This document shows positions 39,801 to 47,675 of a stretch of DNA of 47,675 nt, in pieces; the stretch's first letter is position 1; each line of letters begins with the position of its first letter. The notes under the pieces are model-generated. The model ran no database searches, was not told the origin of the DNA, and saw only the letters and a program-made list of their open reading frames with translations. The DNA is from an uncultured Parachlamydiaceae bacterium (lineage in GTDB: Bacteria > Chlamydiota > Chlamydiia > Chlamydiales > Parachlamydiaceae), in contig CAVVXH010000019.1 in assembly GCA_963752155.1 (NCBI GenBank), forward strand, positions 1-47,675, in the 5' to 3' direction. The position numbers were made by a program, and so were the translations under genes.

Positions 39801-42800
39801 AAACTGTTCTTGCTTTTCATCTTAATCCGGAATCTATAGAAAACAAAATTGACGAGATGAAAGCGGCTTGGGAATCGATGGATGCTTTTGATCCATTTTT
39901 TGCTAACTATATCACAAAAGAAGAAATAGTTGCTTATCGTAAAGAAAAAAACATTGATCCTAGTGTTCATCGATCAGATGAAATGGTCAAAAGATGTTAT
40001 ATTTGGGTCCAGGAAAATAAATTGCGCCAAGAAGCTAGTATCGCTAAAGCTAACAACACAGGTGAAACATCTCAAATCCGAGCTACAACTCTTCTGTGGA
40101 ACATTCTCACCGCCATCCAAAAGAATTTCCATAAAATCGATGAAATGCGGGCTGTATGGGAATCTATGGAAGCTTTTGAGCATCCATTGTTTGTTACAGT
40201 CACCGAAGAGGATATGGAAGCCTATTGCAAACAAATGAACATTAAAGCTGATGTACCCCCTTCAGATGAATTAAATAAGGCGTGTTACATTTGGGTTGAA
40301 ACGAATAAGCAGCTAGAAAAAATGATTACTAGCGATTTATTACCTCTGATTTTACCTGAAAGTCTTTGGGACATTTGTATTCCTCCACAATTTAACAATT
40401 TAATTTCACGTTCACAAATTGGTAAAATGTTAGTGGGATTCTTAAGTGAAGGCTATGAATATTCTACTCATATGAAAGGACTCATGGCTGAAGGAAAGCA
40501 AAAACTTGATGCTGAGGATATTAATGCCCATTTAGGAGTCGGAAAAAAGGAAACCGATCAGTGGATTGGAATAAGCACATTTTTAGAAGAAAAAATCGAA
40601 GAGATTTTAAAAGATTCAGTCAAATCAAACCCTGAAGATGAAGAAAGCATCAAATGGATAAAAGAAGTTCTTGGAAGTCTATTGCAAAATGAAAGTGCAG
40701 GAGAAAATAAAATCGTCACAGATATGATCACTCATTCTATTTATGCTATTTTAGGAAAATTGTTGAGCGGAGGGTTAGCTCCCCTTTCAAAAGCAAAAAT
40801 GCTTCTTAACAAAACCAAGAAATTTGATGGTTCTGATGATTCAAATGCTTCTTTGATTGAAAAACTTGCAGATCTCATTCCCGGAATCAGAGAAAGTTGT
40901 TATCGATTAAATGATTTGAAAAAAGATCAAGAATGTTCTAGTTTTCCGGAACTCAATCCTGAAACTTTAAAAAAATATCTTTCAGTGATCGGAAAGTCTC
41001 TTAAAAAAAAGGAAGTTATAGGGGATTTACCGAAACAATTTACAACAAACAAAGAGGGCCAAATTGTTGTTAAGCTGACTATTAAAAATACTGAAACAAT
41101 GGAAGAACACACAATTAACGTTGACCTCCGCCAATTTGTTCATTGGAATATTACCTATACAGCCATCGACAACCTTGTTTCAGATTCTGATTGGAAAGAT
41201 TCAGTTCGTCTTCCGCTTTTAGGAAAAATTGTCACTAAAGAATTGGTTGCTAGAATGCTAGAACCTTATGTTACAGCTTTACATGAAGTTCAAGAACCGT
41301 TACAGAGGAAGGCTGAACGAGGTCAAGCACTTGTGGCTGCTGTGAATGCAGAAGCACTACCCTTACGGCAAAAATTAGCTAAGGAAAGTAGAACGGTCCA
41401 AAGTTTAGATTTAGCTATACCGCCACTTACCCTTGCAGATGAGCTCCCTGTTAAAAGTAAGGACGATCTAGTTATCCTAAACACAGAGGCTCACGAAAAA
41501 GCTGAAATGGCTAAAACAGACTTGGAAGTATTTATTGAAGAAAAAATTCTCAAGGGCATTTATGGAGCTTTAGGTGATCTATCGAAGGATCCAAAGAAAT
41601 TAAATAAGGATTTACCTGATCTTCTCGACAAACTGATCAAGAATGCCTTGGGAGAAGGGGCAACTGAAAATTTCAAAGATTTACGTGAAACCCTAATTCA
41701 ACGAGGTGTCTATCTTTTATTTGGTGAACTTTTAGTGCCGGCAAACATAAATCCGGATGGGACCACAACTTCCGCAACAGAAAATTCAATTCAAAATATT
41801 AAAAAGAAATTACTGTCCATTATCAGGGAAGCTAAAGATACCGATGGCGATTATCGCAAGATTGCTAGAAAAATTGTAGATAAATTTCTTCCTGAAAAGA
41901 CTTGGAATGATTTAATTAAAGGAAAATTTAAAGAACTCGTAACTGATAAAAAAGGAAACGATACTCTCCGAGATGCACTCGTAGAATCTGTGGAAAAATT
42001 TTTAGCTTTCGGAGATTTTGATCGCCCCAATAGCCCTAAAGAAAACGCAATTAATGTGATAAAGAAGAAGAGGGATGAAGCGATTAAAGAAATACGAAAT
42101 TTAGACCTGGAGGTTAGGGCTAAAGAAAAAGCCCAAAATTTACCGGAGGATAAAGGGGGTGGTCTGAAAGAAATGGTGAACGTGATTTGTGATTCACTAG
42201 ACGAGGTTCTGGGTGATTTACCGGCACAACTTGAACTTCCACCTCTTTTTAAAAATCTTATTGGTGAACTGCTTGAAAACAAAGAATCTGCTGATCTCAT
42301 TAAAACTTCAATGCGTGCACTCGTCACGATTGCCATCGCCAGAATGTTCAAGACAAGCCCCGGACAGTCTCAAGAAGATCGCATCTTTGAATTACTTAAC
42401 AATATCCTCGAAGCTTTTCAAACCAAAAATCCACATGAAGCTGCAGAAAAATTGATCGAAGAACTCTTTCCGGATGATCTTCGCAGAGAAATCCTTCCTC
42501 CAGCTATATACACTATTTTGACACCAAAATTCCTAGCGGATTTCATTGTCAAAGAAGTTGTTGAAGTCGATACATTTGCAAAAACGGTAGGAGGTGTTCC
42601 TAGTGATGAAAATGTCAGCAGGCTTCAAGCATTTGTCAAAACAAAGCTCATGGATTACACGGATCCAAAGTTTGACAGAGAGGGAATGGTCGGCTTTGGA
42701 GGATTTATCAAAGCTCTAGAAGGAATGCTCTTAGGTGCGTTGGGTGGTAATTTTGGGGGTGATAAAGCAAAAGTCGGCAAAACTATTGAAACTGCTCTTG

Positions 42801-43768
42801 ACTTAGGAATCGCCAAAGTGATGGACGGTCCAAAAGTGAAGGCCTTGCTTAACAAGAAATTTCTAACAGAAGCTTTATCTGCTGCGTTGCCTCTTCTTAA
42901 CAGCAATGCTCCGGTCGATAAAGATTATCCAGGACTCACTGACAAGCAAATCGACGATTTAGACCTTGAATCTCTAAAAAAATTAGGCTTTGAATTCAAG
43001 AAACAAATTGGCGAGACAGATGATGAGTTCAATGTACGTGTGAAAAAGGCAAAAAGTGATGTAGAATTCAAACAAAAAGTTAGAAATCGACATTTTGAAT
43101 TAGAAGCTGGAAAGAAAGTGGGAGAAATACTGTTTCCAAGGGGGACAAGAGATATCCCTGCTCCTCAATTTCTTCAGACTGATACAGTCCTCGATAAGGT
43201 CAATGAAGCAGTCAGCGATCAAATCGCTCGCATTACAAATCGAGATTCACGTATTTTGATGCTTACAAGTGTATTTGGAGTAGATGAAGCTGATAAAGCT
43301 ACTTTTCAAGCGATGCAAGATCAACATGCAGCGACTAAAAATTTAAAAGGACAAGAACGGGTAGCTGAAAATCTTTTCAAAAAGGGTTTGACTTCTTTTG
43401 CAATGGAAAAAATTGAACAAAATGTTGCGAAGGGATGGATCCAACCATTTAGATGGCTTGCTGTTTCCTTTGTTAAGACAATTGCTTGGTGTGCATTGAA
43501 AGTTGGAGTGAGTCATCAAGTATGGAGATTTGTGTCTAATCCTCAAACGGATGAAAGGCTACGACCAGTGATATGGAGGCTGTTGACTTTTGCAAACAGC
43601 TATAAACCATCAGATGAAAAAGAAGATAAGCTTACAGAGGATTTAGGGGTTAAATTTAAAAGCACATTAGATGATGCGGATCTCCTTTACGGCCTACAAT
43701 GGGCTGTGGGACCGTTAATCGCTAAATTTTTGAACGGGCAAAATGTTGTGGATTTAATTGCAGACTAA
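36863..43768 (+). CDS. Very large helical hypothetical protein with internal repeats
   Basis: Uninterrupted 2301-aa ORF with a good RBS, an internal duplication at 96-aa spacing and no recognisable family. Confidence 0.88.
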   Translation: MEPASKKSPDILREVSESTKITSPETNKIDFSNHVNPLLSEINPDNMESARFNPVPDNPWSAVVMDLAHFLTVDATKGWGAWYGEENISSVTKEVLIALGSIQGNVGKPVDFDDPNFGKHLIANVIAVLLNTDLTQFPDTPEGQLSLENELKKLFNFLLENAGFNPGQLEKHSFLIRQLFDPDETTLSRLTWLASCLTKVPPISRKNIEEKFVTLGMEICKVQKHLATKSADPIVNQPNGVSEFVDYIVEEQIYPRITGGKLPIEPKFLRKQENRDFLKRVIDETLAENEILRKNIREAITPVFDKWNTGKLNPQNLLDEMIINLCQNSQLFKDLDKDILKANILSQLKSPTLTKDYPSLFKRENNDFLKAFGLPPTSFKSKKDERILSPAEFLISIIFKALPEETQSDKDRVIIDQGLHLLQDKLKMCIKAILATVLTPQGDELQRERLNNLIEGILNRLVTETASKGDKKPGALDLEFNKIDNFNSKELAEELKKRQKDDTFNLYQSEINNLLDHVDYAWEDYARELIIKAWPERYSRAHPINRMNLSNMKRPELVHILKELETEQSKSALRLEYSDSAKVLLTNENFNWVDNSRKILKLIESDKMARSILKDEFASDKFRNFFPSLYQPEQFFAQVHKLIGEKIFEFHEHRLEIMKRADKAESYINHSNVSELPDFIQNLLDSIITMIEKKAARGDIDVGFTFLNETLAHLLKKADEGEIVSVGKIAVKEEAKNIIKNILMIVITETIQRNIKQSIQDVKVGGKVSAKSIKTEIKANEAFANLINNFINDSLNGFNGVFEKCQAVSHADDNTIKGLIVNLSKELKIDDLELAENSVDLKEQYKDLLLRSLTRKVFADLMPEDLFTSLLPPMLIEGKIWEMISDGVLTPYITGIYEKTTEAKKLLLSAEDKKRFGPLIDDLVEMALDLIPEIEIGDMVEADENADLDYSFLDKLFKNALQKNGQFASLIEKALPNIVQTVLAFHLNPESIENKIDEMKAAWESMDAFDPFFANYITKEEIVAYRKEKNIDPSVHRSDEMVKRCYIWVQENKLRQEASIAKANNTGETSQIRATTLLWNILTAIQKNFHKIDEMRAVWESMEAFEHPLFVTVTEEDMEAYCKQMNIKADVPPSDELNKACYIWVETNKQLEKMITSDLLPLILPESLWDICIPPQFNNLISRSQIGKMLVGFLSEGYEYSTHMKGLMAEGKQKLDAEDINAHLGVGKKETDQWIGISTFLEEKIEEILKDSVKSNPEDEESIKWIKEVLGSLLQNESAGENKIVTDMITHSIYAILGKLLSGGLAPLSKAKMLLNKTKKFDGSDDSNASLIEKLADLIPGIRESCYRLNDLKKDQECSSFPELNPETLKKYLSVIGKSLKKKEVIGDLPKQFTTNKEGQIVVKLTIKNTETMEEHTINVDLRQFVHWNITYTAIDNLVSDSDWKDSVRLPLLGKIVTKELVARMLEPYVTALHEVQEPLQRKAERGQALVAAVNAEALPLRQKLAKESRTVQSLDLAIPPLTLADELPVKSKDDLVILNTEAHEKAEMAKTDLEVFIEEKILKGIYGALGDLSKDPKKLNKDLPDLLDKLIKNALGEGATENFKDLRETLIQRGVYLLFGELLVPANINPDGTTTSATENSIQNIKKKLLSIIREAKDTDGDYRKIARKIVDKFLPEKTWNDLIKGKFKELVTDKKGNDTLRDALVESVEKFLAFGDFDRPNSPKENAINVIKKKRDEAIKEIRNLDLEVRAKEKAQNLPEDKGGGLKEMVNVICDSLDEVLGDLPAQLELPPLFKNLIGELLENKESADLIKTSMRALVTIAIARMFKTSPGQSQEDRIFELLNNILEAFQTKNPHEAAEKLIEELFPDDLRREILPPAIYTILTPKFLADFIVKEVVEVDTFAKTVGGVPSDENVSRLQAFVKTKLMDYTDPKFDREGMVGFGGFIKALEGMLLGALGGNFGGDKAKVGKTIETALDLGIAKVMDGPKVKALLNKKFLTEALSAALPLLNSNAPVDKDYPGLTDKQIDDLDLESLKKLGFEFKKQIGETDDEFNVRVKKAKSDVEFKQKVRNRHFELEAGKKVGEILFPRGTRDIPAPQFLQTDTVLDKVNEAVSDQIARITNRDSRILMLTSVFGVDEADKATFQAMQDQHAATKNLKGQERVAENLFKKGLTSFAMEKIEQNVAKGWIQPFRWLAVSFVKTIAWCALKVGVSHQVWRFVSNPQTDERLRPVIWRLLTFANSYKPSDEKEDKLTEDLGVKFKSTLDDADLLYGLQWAVGPLIAKFLNGQNVVDLIAD

Positions 43769-43791
43769 TTCCGGTATGAAGTAAGATAGAC

Positions 43792-43875
43792 ACTGAAGGC
43801 CTTAAATTTAAGGCCTTCAGTCTATTTTAAAGACGATGATTCGATCATATTAAAAGCGGCTATGATCGCCGCTTT
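43792..43875. terminator. Hairpins between convergent genes (probable bidirectional termination)
   Basis: Perfect 30-bp palindrome ACTGAAGGCCTTAAATTTAAGGCCTTCAGT followed by CTATTTT, and a second hairpin AAAGCGGC-N7-GCCGCTTT. Confidence 0.7.
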
Positions 43876-43883
43876 GAAAAAAA

Positions 43884-44357
43884 TTATTTTTGTAGTCCAA
43901 GAGCGATCAAGCTTTCTTGAACACCTTGGAAATAAGATCCATTAAATACTCTGACAGGCCCTAGGAAAGCTAAAACATTGTTATAGATTTGTGGAGGCTG
44001 ACCACCTAAGAAATGGACAAGTTCTGTTGCAACAATAGCCAAAAGCGTTAATACAGCAATTTCTTTGATAAGCTTTAGAGTGTCTTTTGCTTTATGGGAA
44101 CGAATATCCACGTGGATTAATTGATTAGCAGTCTTTGTGACCCAATTCTCAGATTTTCCTTCAAATCCAATCACTCCTAAAGTAGCAGTAAGTAGGCGAA
44201 TTCCCAATTCTCCAACTCTAGAGGCAGCTTCAACAGCTGCAAGAAATGCAGGTATTCTAATCAACCCTGTCATGGCATGACCTAAAACACCACTTCCAAA
44301 TAAAGTATTCATTGCAGTACCTGGCTGTATATCGCCAAGTGATCTCAATGTATTCAT
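43884..44357 (-). CDS. Hypothetical membrane protein
   Basis: 157 aa, AAGGAG RBS and two hydrophobic regions. Confidence 0.7.
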   Translation of the reverse strand: MNTLRSLGDIQPGTAMNTLFGSGVLGHAMTGLIRIPAFLAAVEAASRVGELGIRLLTATLGVIGFEGKSENWVTKTANQLIHVDIRSHKAKDTLKLIKEIAVLTLLAIVATELVHFLGGQPPQIYNNVLAFLGPVRVFNGSYFQGVQESLIALGLQK

Positions 44358-44745
44358 GATAACTCCTTCTTTTTTTATTCAAATTTAACAATACTTTTAA
44401 CGCAACTGCTCATAAAGTTGAAGTATGTTGCACAAAAACAACAATTTTTGTTGCTTTTTTCAAGGTACCATACAATTGTTTTTCAAATCAATAAGAAAAC
44501 TGAAAAAAACTGAAAAAATTCGGGCAAGTTAGCTATATGTTGACCCCCCTCCCAACTACAGGAATATAACAAATGAAAGGGTCTTTATTACTTCTATTCT
44601 TCCTCTATAATTTGAATTGGAATTTAATGATATACGAAATCTTCAAATATAAAGACAAATTTGAGGAAAATTATGAAGAAGCTTTAAAAAAACCTTATGT
44701 TTTTGACATCTTCCATTCGCTTCTTTCCCTTCGGCCTTTAATGTG

Positions 44746-44774
44746 TTGACATTGTCTACACAAATATGTACAAT
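44746..44774 (+). promoter_or_regulatory. Promoter/operator of the DUF1778-GNAT TA operon
   Basis: TTGACA-17 nt-TACAAT with the imperfect IR ATTGT..ACA / TGTACAAT. Confidence 0.7.
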
Positions 44775-44796
44775 GAAGATAACAAGGAGTTTGGCA

Positions 44797-45114
44797 ATGA
44801 CAAACGCATACCCCCGAAAATCCAATAAGGAAACCAGGGAAATTAATTTAGGGCGCACAGAAACAATTAATTTACGAGCTAACCATCGACAAAAAGTTTT
44901 AATTGATCGAGCTGCCGAGGCCTTAGGTCGAAGTCGATCTGAATTTATGCTTGATATAGCTTGCCGTGAAGCGGAGGCTGTATTGTTGGATCGTCATTAT
45001 TTTTTGCTCTCAGATGAAGCTTTCACAGCCTTTATGAGTTTGCTTGATGAACCTCAAAAAGTAAATGTTAAATTGAAAAATTTGCTTCACACTAAAGCTC
45101 CTTGGGAATCATGA
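44797..45114 (+). CDS. DUF1778 (TacA/AtaR-like) RHH antitoxin
   Basis: TINLRA...QKVLIDRAAEALGRSRSEFMLDIACREAEAVLLD...LLHTKAPWE; AAGGAG RBS before the ATG at 44797. Confidence 0.9.
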   Translation: MTNAYPRKSNKETREINLGRTETINLRANHRQKVLIDRAAEALGRSRSEFMLDIACREAEAVLLDRHYFLLSDEAFTAFMSLLDEPQKVNVKLKNLLHTKAPWES

Positions 45115-45635
45115 AAGCAAGTGATATTAGAGCGCCGGAAAAACTGACAGCAGAACACGACTTTTCAAATTTTAATTGCGGAGAAATAACGTTAAATGAC
45201 TGGTTACGGCGTCATGCTGTAAAAAATGAATTGAATGGGGCTTCTAGAACTTACGTTATTACATTAGAACAAAAAGTTGTAGGGTATTACTGTTTGGCTG
45301 TAGGGGCGGTATCTCATGAAGGCTCTCCCGGGCCTATCAAAAGAAATATGCCCAATCCCATTCCGGTTATGATTCTTGGCCGTTTAGCTGTAGATTCAAA
45401 ATTTCAGGGTTATGGGATTGGCACTGGCTTGCTTAAAGATGCTATTCTACGTACGTTGTCTGCTGCTGATATTGCCGGAATACGAGCGTTGCTTGTTCAT
45501 GCCATTTCAAAAGAAGCCACGCACTTTTATAGTCGCTTCGGCTTTATTGCTTCGCCTGTTGAACTCACTTTAATGATTACTATTGCTGAAGCAAGAGGGT
45601 CGAGTAAAGCGAATACCGTCCAGAACGTTGTATAG
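45111..45635 (+). CDS. GNAT acetyltransferase toxin (TacT/AtaT-like)
   Basis: FNCGEITLNDWL, NMPNPIPVMILGRLAVD..FQGYGIG, LLVHA and FYSRFGF; ATGA overlap with the antitoxin. Confidence 0.9.
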   Translation: MKASDIRAPEKLTAEHDFSNFNCGEITLNDWLRRHAVKNELNGASRTYVITLEQKVVGYYCLAVGAVSHEGSPGPIKRNMPNPIPVMILGRLAVDSKFQGYGIGTGLLKDAILRTLSAADIAGIRALLVHAISKEATHFYSRFGFIASPVELTLMITIAEARGSSKANTVQNVV

Positions 45636-45760
45636 GAGGGAATACCTTTTTACACAAAGGTGACAATTTACTAATATCTCAGCATCTCCCTATAAATGTC
45701 TAGAATTTATTGTCGCTTTCTGATAATATCAAGGGAAACTCTACACTAAAGCAGATAAAA

Positions 45761-46852
45761 ATGGAAAATTTTTGTGAACTTTCACTGGAAACTTTGACGA
45801 CATGGCTCACTGAATCAGGCTATGCAGGTTATAATGCAAAGCAAATTTATAAATGGATCTATGAGAAATTCGTCCTGAATTGGGATGGTATGACCAATCT
45901 TAGCAAAGAACTGCGTGAAAAGCTTGCTGCTACTTTCCGTTTACCCGTTTTAGAATTTGTAAAAATGACCCCATCTACGGATGGAGAAACATTTAAATTT
46001 CTGTGGAAAATGTCTGAAGGGTCATTTGTTGAATCTGTCCTCATCTTATCAGGTCATCGTCGCACCGTCTGTGTCTCTTCGCAAGTGGGATGCCCTGTCC
46101 GTTGCGCCTTTTGTGCATCAGGAAAAAATGGATTCTTTCGCAATTTACGCCCCGCAGAAATCGTCGAACAAGTCTTACAAATTAATGTTTGGCTAAAACA
46201 ACGCGATGAAAAAGTCACTCACGTCGTTTATATGGGGATGGGTGAACCTTTCAAAAATTACGATGCTGTTATACAATCTATCCACCAATTAAGTGATCCA
46301 CAAGGCCTAAATATTTCTCAAAGACGCATCACCGTTTCTACTGTTGGCATCACCGAAGGAATTCGTCGTTTCACTCAAGAAGGGCTAAAGGTCAGTTTAG
46401 TACTCTCCCTGCACGCACCAAACCAAAAAATACGGGAAAAAATCATCCCCTACGCCCGAAAATATCCTTTGGATGAAATTCTAAAGGCCATGGATGAGTT
46501 CTCTTTGAAAACCAAGCGCGACGTGACGTTCGAATATATTTTGCTAGCTGGAATAAATGATCATCCTGATCATGCTTTTGAACTTGCAAACCTCCTAAAA
46601 GGACGACAATGCACAGTCAATTTGATTCCATATAACCCTGTTGTTGGACTTCGCTTAGTGCGCCCCGAGCATAAAATGATTAAACAATTCCGCACAGTCT
46701 TATTTGGATCAAAAATCGTCAATACTTGCCGTTATACCAAGGGAGATGACATTGCAGCAGCTTGCGGTCAGCTTGCCTTAATGCAAAAAGAAGAAACTGG
46801 AAAAGCTGAAGAACACGAAGATACTGATCTGACTGAAAAGGTTGTAGGATGA
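45761..46852 (+). CDS. rlmN: 23S rRNA m2A2503 radical SAM methyltransferase RlmN
   Basis: CVSSQVGCPVRCAFCASG, MGMGEP, SLHAP, NLIPYN and DIAAACGQL. Confidence 0.95.
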   Translation: MENFCELSLETLTTWLTESGYAGYNAKQIYKWIYEKFVLNWDGMTNLSKELREKLAATFRLPVLEFVKMTPSTDGETFKFLWKMSEGSFVESVLILSGHRRTVCVSSQVGCPVRCAFCASGKNGFFRNLRPAEIVEQVLQINVWLKQRDEKVTHVVYMGMGEPFKNYDAVIQSIHQLSDPQGLNISQRRITVSTVGITEGIRRFTQEGLKVSLVLSLHAPNQKIREKIIPYARKYPLDEILKAMDEFSLKTKRDVTFEYILLAGINDHPDHAFELANLLKGRQCTVNLIPYNPVVGLRLVRPEHKMIKQFRTVLFGSKIVNTCRYTKGDDIAAACGQLALMQKEETGKAEEHEDTDLTEKVVG

Positions 46853-46861
46853 GATAAATGC

Positions 46862-47675
46862 ATGCCATTTGATCCTAAGAAGCTCGAAGCATACCCCTTG
46901 CTTCCCGGGGTTTACCTGATGAAAAACCATGCAGGTCACGTCATTTATGTCGGCAAAGCGAATAGTTTACGTCAGCGCTTAAAGCAATATTTTGTTGAAG
47001 GTGGCGACGGACGCCAGATGATTCCACTGCTGGTTTCAAAAATTGAAAGCATTGAGACTATTGTTGTTTCCTCTGAGAAAGAGGCCTTACTCCTAGAAAA
47101 CACACTCATCAAGCAACACAAGCCTAAATTCAATGCCCTCCTCAAAGATGACAAAAGTTACATTGCGCTGATGCTTTCTCACCGAAACAATTGGCCAATG
47201 TTAGAGCTGGTACGCTACAAAGAAAAACCGGACTCCAACAACTTCTATTTCGGTCCTTACACAAGCGCAGCTTCTGCTCGCACGACCTTCGACCTATTAA
47301 ATAGACTTTTTCCGCTCCGTCAATGTTCAGATCAAGAGTTTTTACGTCGCACACGTCCCTGTATTCTATATGACATGAAACGATGTTGTGCTCCCTGCGT
47401 TGGAAAATGCACCAAGGAAGAATATGCCCGACATGTTGAATGCACCATTCGTTTTTTAAAAGGACAAGATAAAGAAATCCTTAATGAATTGAAAACTGAA
47501 ATGTACAAAGCATCAGAAGCCTTAGAATTTGAAAGAGCCGGCGAACTTTATAAAAAAATTCTTCAAATTCAAAATACTCTTGAAAAGCAAATGGTAGATA
47601 AGCCTTCTGGAGTAGACACTGACGTCCTAGCTATTTTCCGTCAGGCTGACGAGGTGATTATCTCTCAGCTCATCT
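46862..47675 (+). CDS. uvrC: Excinuclease ABC subunit C, 3' end outside the window
   Basis: Not in the ORF track. Manual translation gives MPFDPKKLEAYPLLPGVYLMKN...IYVGKANSLRQRLKQYF...EALLLENTLIKQHKPKFNALLKDDKSY (GIY-YIG domain). Confidence 0.95.
   Translation, partial: MPFDPKKLEAYPLLPGVYLMKNHAGHVIYVGKANSLRQRLKQYFVEGGDGRQMIPLLVSKIESIETIVVSSEKEALLLENTLIKQHKPKFNALLKDDKSYIALMLSHRNNWPMLELVRYKEKPDSNNFYFGPYTSAASARTTFDLLNRLFPLRQCSDQEFLRRTRPCILYDMKRCCAPCVGKCTKEEYARHVECTIRFLKGQDKEILNELKTEMYKASEALEFERAGELYKKILQIQNTLEKQMVDKPSGVDTDVLAIFRQADEVIISQLI

Noticed and set aside
37291..43546. Many short antisense or alternative-frame ORFs inside long genes, here and elsewhere in the window
   Set aside because: They are shadow ORFs of well-supported genes with no recognisable motifs.
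44496..44518. AAAACTGAAA tandem duplication
   Set aside because: It is low-complexity A-rich sequence with only two units.

Overview
This AT-rich bacterial window most likely comes from an environmental chlamydia (Parachlamydiales-like). That assignment is an inference from gene content: ruvC-ruvA without an adjacent ruvB, malQ, a MORN-repeat protein and large eukaryote-directed effector candidates. Housekeeping genes are ruvA, ruvC, malQ, msrBA, tRNA-Leu(TAG), rmlB-rmlA, pncB, rlmN and a partial uvrC. Accessory genes include an XRE-M78 peptidase/PIN pair, an RND efflux operon with a doubly frameshifted outer-membrane factor, puuE-GNAT, an AAA/DUF4143 ATPase, an MFS transporter, two RHH-YafQ toxin-antitoxin (TA) pairs, a DUF1778-GNAT TA pair, a signal-peptide caspase-like protease, ycaC-amidohydrolase, an F-box/NLS effector candidate and a 2301-aa repeat protein. 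The most striking unexplained structure is non-coding. Many intergenic gaps hold long palindromic elements of about five or six families, and no transposase is present in the window. They include a roughly 420-bp nested palindrome, a MITE-like element with a 6-bp flanking direct repeat, a 298-bp palindrome of palindromes and palindromes built from short tandem units. An exact 36-bp direct repeat also brackets the efflux region, and pncB is split at an A7 tract. All calls come from reading the sequence by eye; no database searches were run.
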